Assembly: GCF_009914755.1 (NCBI RefSeq)
Contig: NC_060941.1
DNA length: 64,000 nt
Source: the human T2T-CHM13v2.0 reference genome, Homo sapiens
Reading direction: 5' to 3' (one strand)
In this document: positions 54,540-64,000 of the stretch, one piece after another
Layout of the letters: each line of letters opens with the position of its first letter
How positions within the stretch are numbered: the first letter of the stretch is position 1
Position numbers and translations under genes: made by a program
The notes under the pieces: generated by a model
The model's input: only the letters and a program-made list of their open reading frames with translations
Database searches by the model: none
What the model was told of the DNA's origin: nothing

Positions 54540-54950
54540 ACATCTGAGATAAAAATAATCTGTGCCATCCCCTGGCTCCGGATGGACAGCAGTTGGGGCA
54601 TGAGCGCCTCCAGAATGTCTCGGCATTGCTGAGGGTAACCGGATCGCCGCTCAGATCCAGCAGGCAGCCTCAGAACCTCCCAGCTGCTGTTGTTTTTAGC
54701 ACCGGGATTATTGGTAGGGGTGTAAATAGACATCTGTGTTCTGGGTGGCTCGCTCACCCCACATTCCTAGGCACACTTGTTTTATTAAAGCTCTCAGCTG
54801 TCGGGTGATCCAGGCGTGGAGAAATGAAAGGCCGCCCTCACCAGCTGGTGGTGGACTGCAAACTGCAACCAGTTTTCCCCCATAAGGACATGTTACTCCT
54901 ATTAGAAACTGTGTCCCTCACATGTCCTTAAGAAGCGGGCCATCTGCCAA
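54540..54950. promoter_or_regulatory. Candidate myogenic E-box/M-CAT enhancer module
   Basis: 8 E-boxes incl. CAGCTG at 54681, 54795, 54842; M-CAT CATTCCT 54762; A/T-rich ATAAAAATAA 54549. Confidence 0.5.
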
Positions 54951-54977
54951 TCATAAATCGAGATCTCAGCCGTTCCA

Positions 54978-55231
54978 AATAAAGAAAGAGTCTACCCTCC
55001 TTGCTGGCAGTCCTTTTATAGTTGACAGATTTTTTTTTTTAATCTTGTGCTTGGCCATGTATTTCTTGTGTAATTAAAAAATTATAAAAGGTAATAAAAA
55101 ATACAAATCCACTGCTAAGAGATTTAAGACTCAATAAAAATTTCAGAAAGCCAGAGGTTTCTGGATAGTATGAGGATTACAAGGAGAAGGTTAATAAATT
55201 CCATGTCCCAACACCAGAAAAAAAGAATAAA
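54978..55231 (+). terminator. Cluster of plus-strand poly(A) signals, convergent with MYH3
   Basis: AATAAA at 54978, 55093, 55133, 55193, 55226 and ATTAAA at 55073. Confidence 0.45.
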
Positions 55232-55253
55232 AGAGAAAAAACAAGGCTATTTA

Positions 55254-55604
<351 letters not shown>

Positions 55605-56630
55605 TTAATTTGGAGAGGCTCACCCAAAAAAGTGAGCCTGAAGAGAAGGCGCCCTTCATTCTTTTGCCACCCTGTTCTGGAGCCCATGTACGAAAGAGCC
55701 AGTGGATATTGCAAATGAGCTAAAGTCACCCAAGTTCCTACTGAATGGTCAAAGGTCCTATCTTAAGAGAGGCTCTCTGAGGATGGGGTGGGCTGAGGTG
55801 GTGGACAAGAGGAGGGTTATAGAGAAACACCTGGAGGACGCTAACAGAAACAGTCGATCATCAAAAAGAAAACACGAAGCACGCTTTGGGTTCTATCAGC
55901 CCAGTTTCAACACAGCTTTACCCTGTGCGCCAGCTCTTTGAGGGATTTCGCCTGTCTATGTGGCCGGCTGCCCCGGTAGAAGGTTAGTACTTTGTAGGGT
56001 AAAGGAGTCTTAGGATCTAGAGAGAATCCAGCTCTGCCATTTTGACCTTGAACAAATCACTGAGTTTCGTCTTTTCATCTGTAAAGTGGGTGATAAGGTC
56101 CATCTCCTCATCGCCAAGTCTGTATGCTGAGGGCACGAGAGAGTGCATGCCAAGTGCACATGGGTGGAGTTCAGTAAATAGTGGCTGATCTCATCCTCCT
56201 CCTCTCCATGGTCGGAGGAGACCCCCTCTCTGGCTCGTGTGGCACGGCAGCTCCTGATTTGGAATGGAATTGGTGCTTTCATTTTTTGCTTCTTAATAAC
56301 ACAGCTTACATTTTCTATAGTCGTGGGCATCCTTTTTTTATGGAATAAATGAACATGGGTGACTTTGGTCATAATATTCACTCTTAGAAAATGAATCTTT
56401 TCATTTATATCCTTCACAAAATCAGAGCCTAATAGAAATAGTCACAGGTCACTTCCAGCACCAAACTCCGCACCTTCTCCTTTGTGGGAAATGTCACACT
56501 TTGCCAATAAGTGGACACAGGGGGTTCCACGGCCCCAGGTATTTTCAAGTGCAGAGGCACTCCAGTTCTGCATAAAATGCATCAGGGGCCTCTTTTATTA
56601 ATTCTTTAAGTCATAAGTTCTGTAAAATAA

Positions 56631-56985
<355 letters not shown>

Positions 56986-57115
56986 TTACCATGTATTTTT
57001 AAAAGATAAGGACTATCTTAGAAAGCATAATCACAAAATCACATTATACCGTGAAATGAACAATAATCTCATGTCACCATCAATATCCAGTCAATAGTCA
57101 AATTTACCAATTGGA

Positions 57116-57117
<2 letters not shown>

Positions 57118-57151
<34 letters not shown>
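57118..57151. repeat. (GT)17 microsatellite ~1 kb downstream of MYH3
   Basis: Uninterrupted GT run. Confidence 0.95.
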
Positions 57152-57152
<1 letters not shown>

Positions 57153-58119
57153 TATTTTTTAACAGCGTGTTTGTACAAAGCAGTATCCTAACAAGGTCCA
57201 CACAGTGCAATTGGCGGATAGGTCCACTAAGTATCTTTTAATCTACAGGTCTCCCTTGTATTTGTTTTATATTTTTTCTTTGCAATTTATTTATTGAAAA
57301 AGCTAAATGATTTGTTGAGTTCCCCCACATCTGGAGAGAACACCCCTTGGCCTTTCATTCTCACCTGAGTCAAACTAGGTCCCCTAATCTTCTGGAATCA
57401 GACAAAGAAGGGAACTTGGCAGCTATTGCTAATAAATTTACTGATGACAATAAACAAAGGATCCCAGGCTAGAAGATGCTCTTTCTAGTAGCAAGTCAAC
57501 CAGACAGTTATTTGACTTCCTGCCTTCCTTCCCTCTTAAGGTAAAGACAAGGTTATCTTGGGTCAGGGGTGGGATTTTCTGTTGTGCAGCTTTGAAATAG
57601 TGCACACTGATCTAAGATAACAGTAGTAGATTTAGACTGAGCGCTTGAAGGGGCCAGCCTCTTTTTTATTCATTTATGTATTTTTGATAGCACAGTGCTT
57701 ACATGAACAGCTGCCCAACAAATATTTACTAGATTTCAGATGTATTTCCCCACTAGAATGTAAAGAAGGAGAATGTGGGCCTTTGCTTTATAACCTTATT
57801 CAACTCAAGACAAGGGCTTTTCATGAGCCTACCTTTGTGTTTCCTTCATGTCATATTAAGAGATGACTCTTTTGAAAAGCTCTCCCTCCCATTCCCCACC
57901 AAAGCAAAGGTTAACCCGGAAGTTTTTTTTTTTCCTTTTTGATTTAAGCCAAAAGCCATCTCTCCCTCCGCACATGCACACACCAATTGAATTTACCGAG
58001 CCATCTGCTTACAAAGCTTTCACCTCCGAGCATACAAACCATCAAACTAGGAACCATTTCTGCATGGGGAAGAGGAAAACAAATACAGCAAAGCGGCCCC
58101 AGATTGAAACAAAGCAAAG

Positions 58120-58125
58120 TTTATT
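58120..58125 (-). terminator. MYH3: MYH3 polyadenylation signal AATAAA
   Basis: tttatt on plus strand ~100 nt past the stop; U/GU-rich sequence downstream on the minus strand. Confidence 0.85.
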
Positions 58126-58224
58126 GCATGTGAAAAAGAGTCACATGGACATTAAGTATCAATGGTCAGGAATCAAGAAAATATACATTTTGCATATCTT
58201 CTGTCCTGCTCCAGAAGGGCTGGC

Positions 58225-63801
<5,577 letters not shown>

Positions 63802-64000
63802 CTAACAAAATACTAAATAACTAAATTAAATGCAGAGTTAGGGCTACACTTGGCATCACTTGCCTGGCTCCTTGTTGTCGATTATTGGGCTAATCAAGAT
63901 TCTGTTCCATAAATGTACTCAAGGTAATGAGTCAGGAACAATTGCCATCTTGAAAAAGCAAATAGATCCTTTGAGAAGGAATTAGCTGGGCATAATTGTC

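Overview
Primate (very probably human) genomic DNA, not microbial. The right end holds the last ten exons of a sarcomeric myosin heavy chain gene on the minus strand. The spliced tail ends ...[17 protein letters not shown], which I recognise as embryonic MYH3 (about residues 1453-1940); its AATAAA is at 58120-58125. From recalled gene order (17p13 MYH cluster), the other ~58 kb is the MYH3-MYH2 intergenic interval, which in mouse holds the fast-Myh super-enhancer and linc-MYH and in human the antisense lncRNA MYHAS. It is rich in Alus (~45), old L1/L2/MIR, LTRs and DNA-transposon MITEs. The repeat-free islands carry dense muscle motif modules (E-box, MEF2, MEF3/Six, CArG, M-CAT) and several plus-strand exon-like segments that end in a poly(A)-signal cluster near 55.1 kb. 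I found no other credible protein-coding gene, tRNA, rRNA or CRISPR array, and no wholly new biological system that I can support. The best leads are the enhancer modules, the candidate lncRNA exons, a perfect nested 21-bp hairpin, serial Alu insertion at one target site, and a possible intronic poly(A) isoform of MYH3. Repeat boundaries are approximate and family names are by eye.
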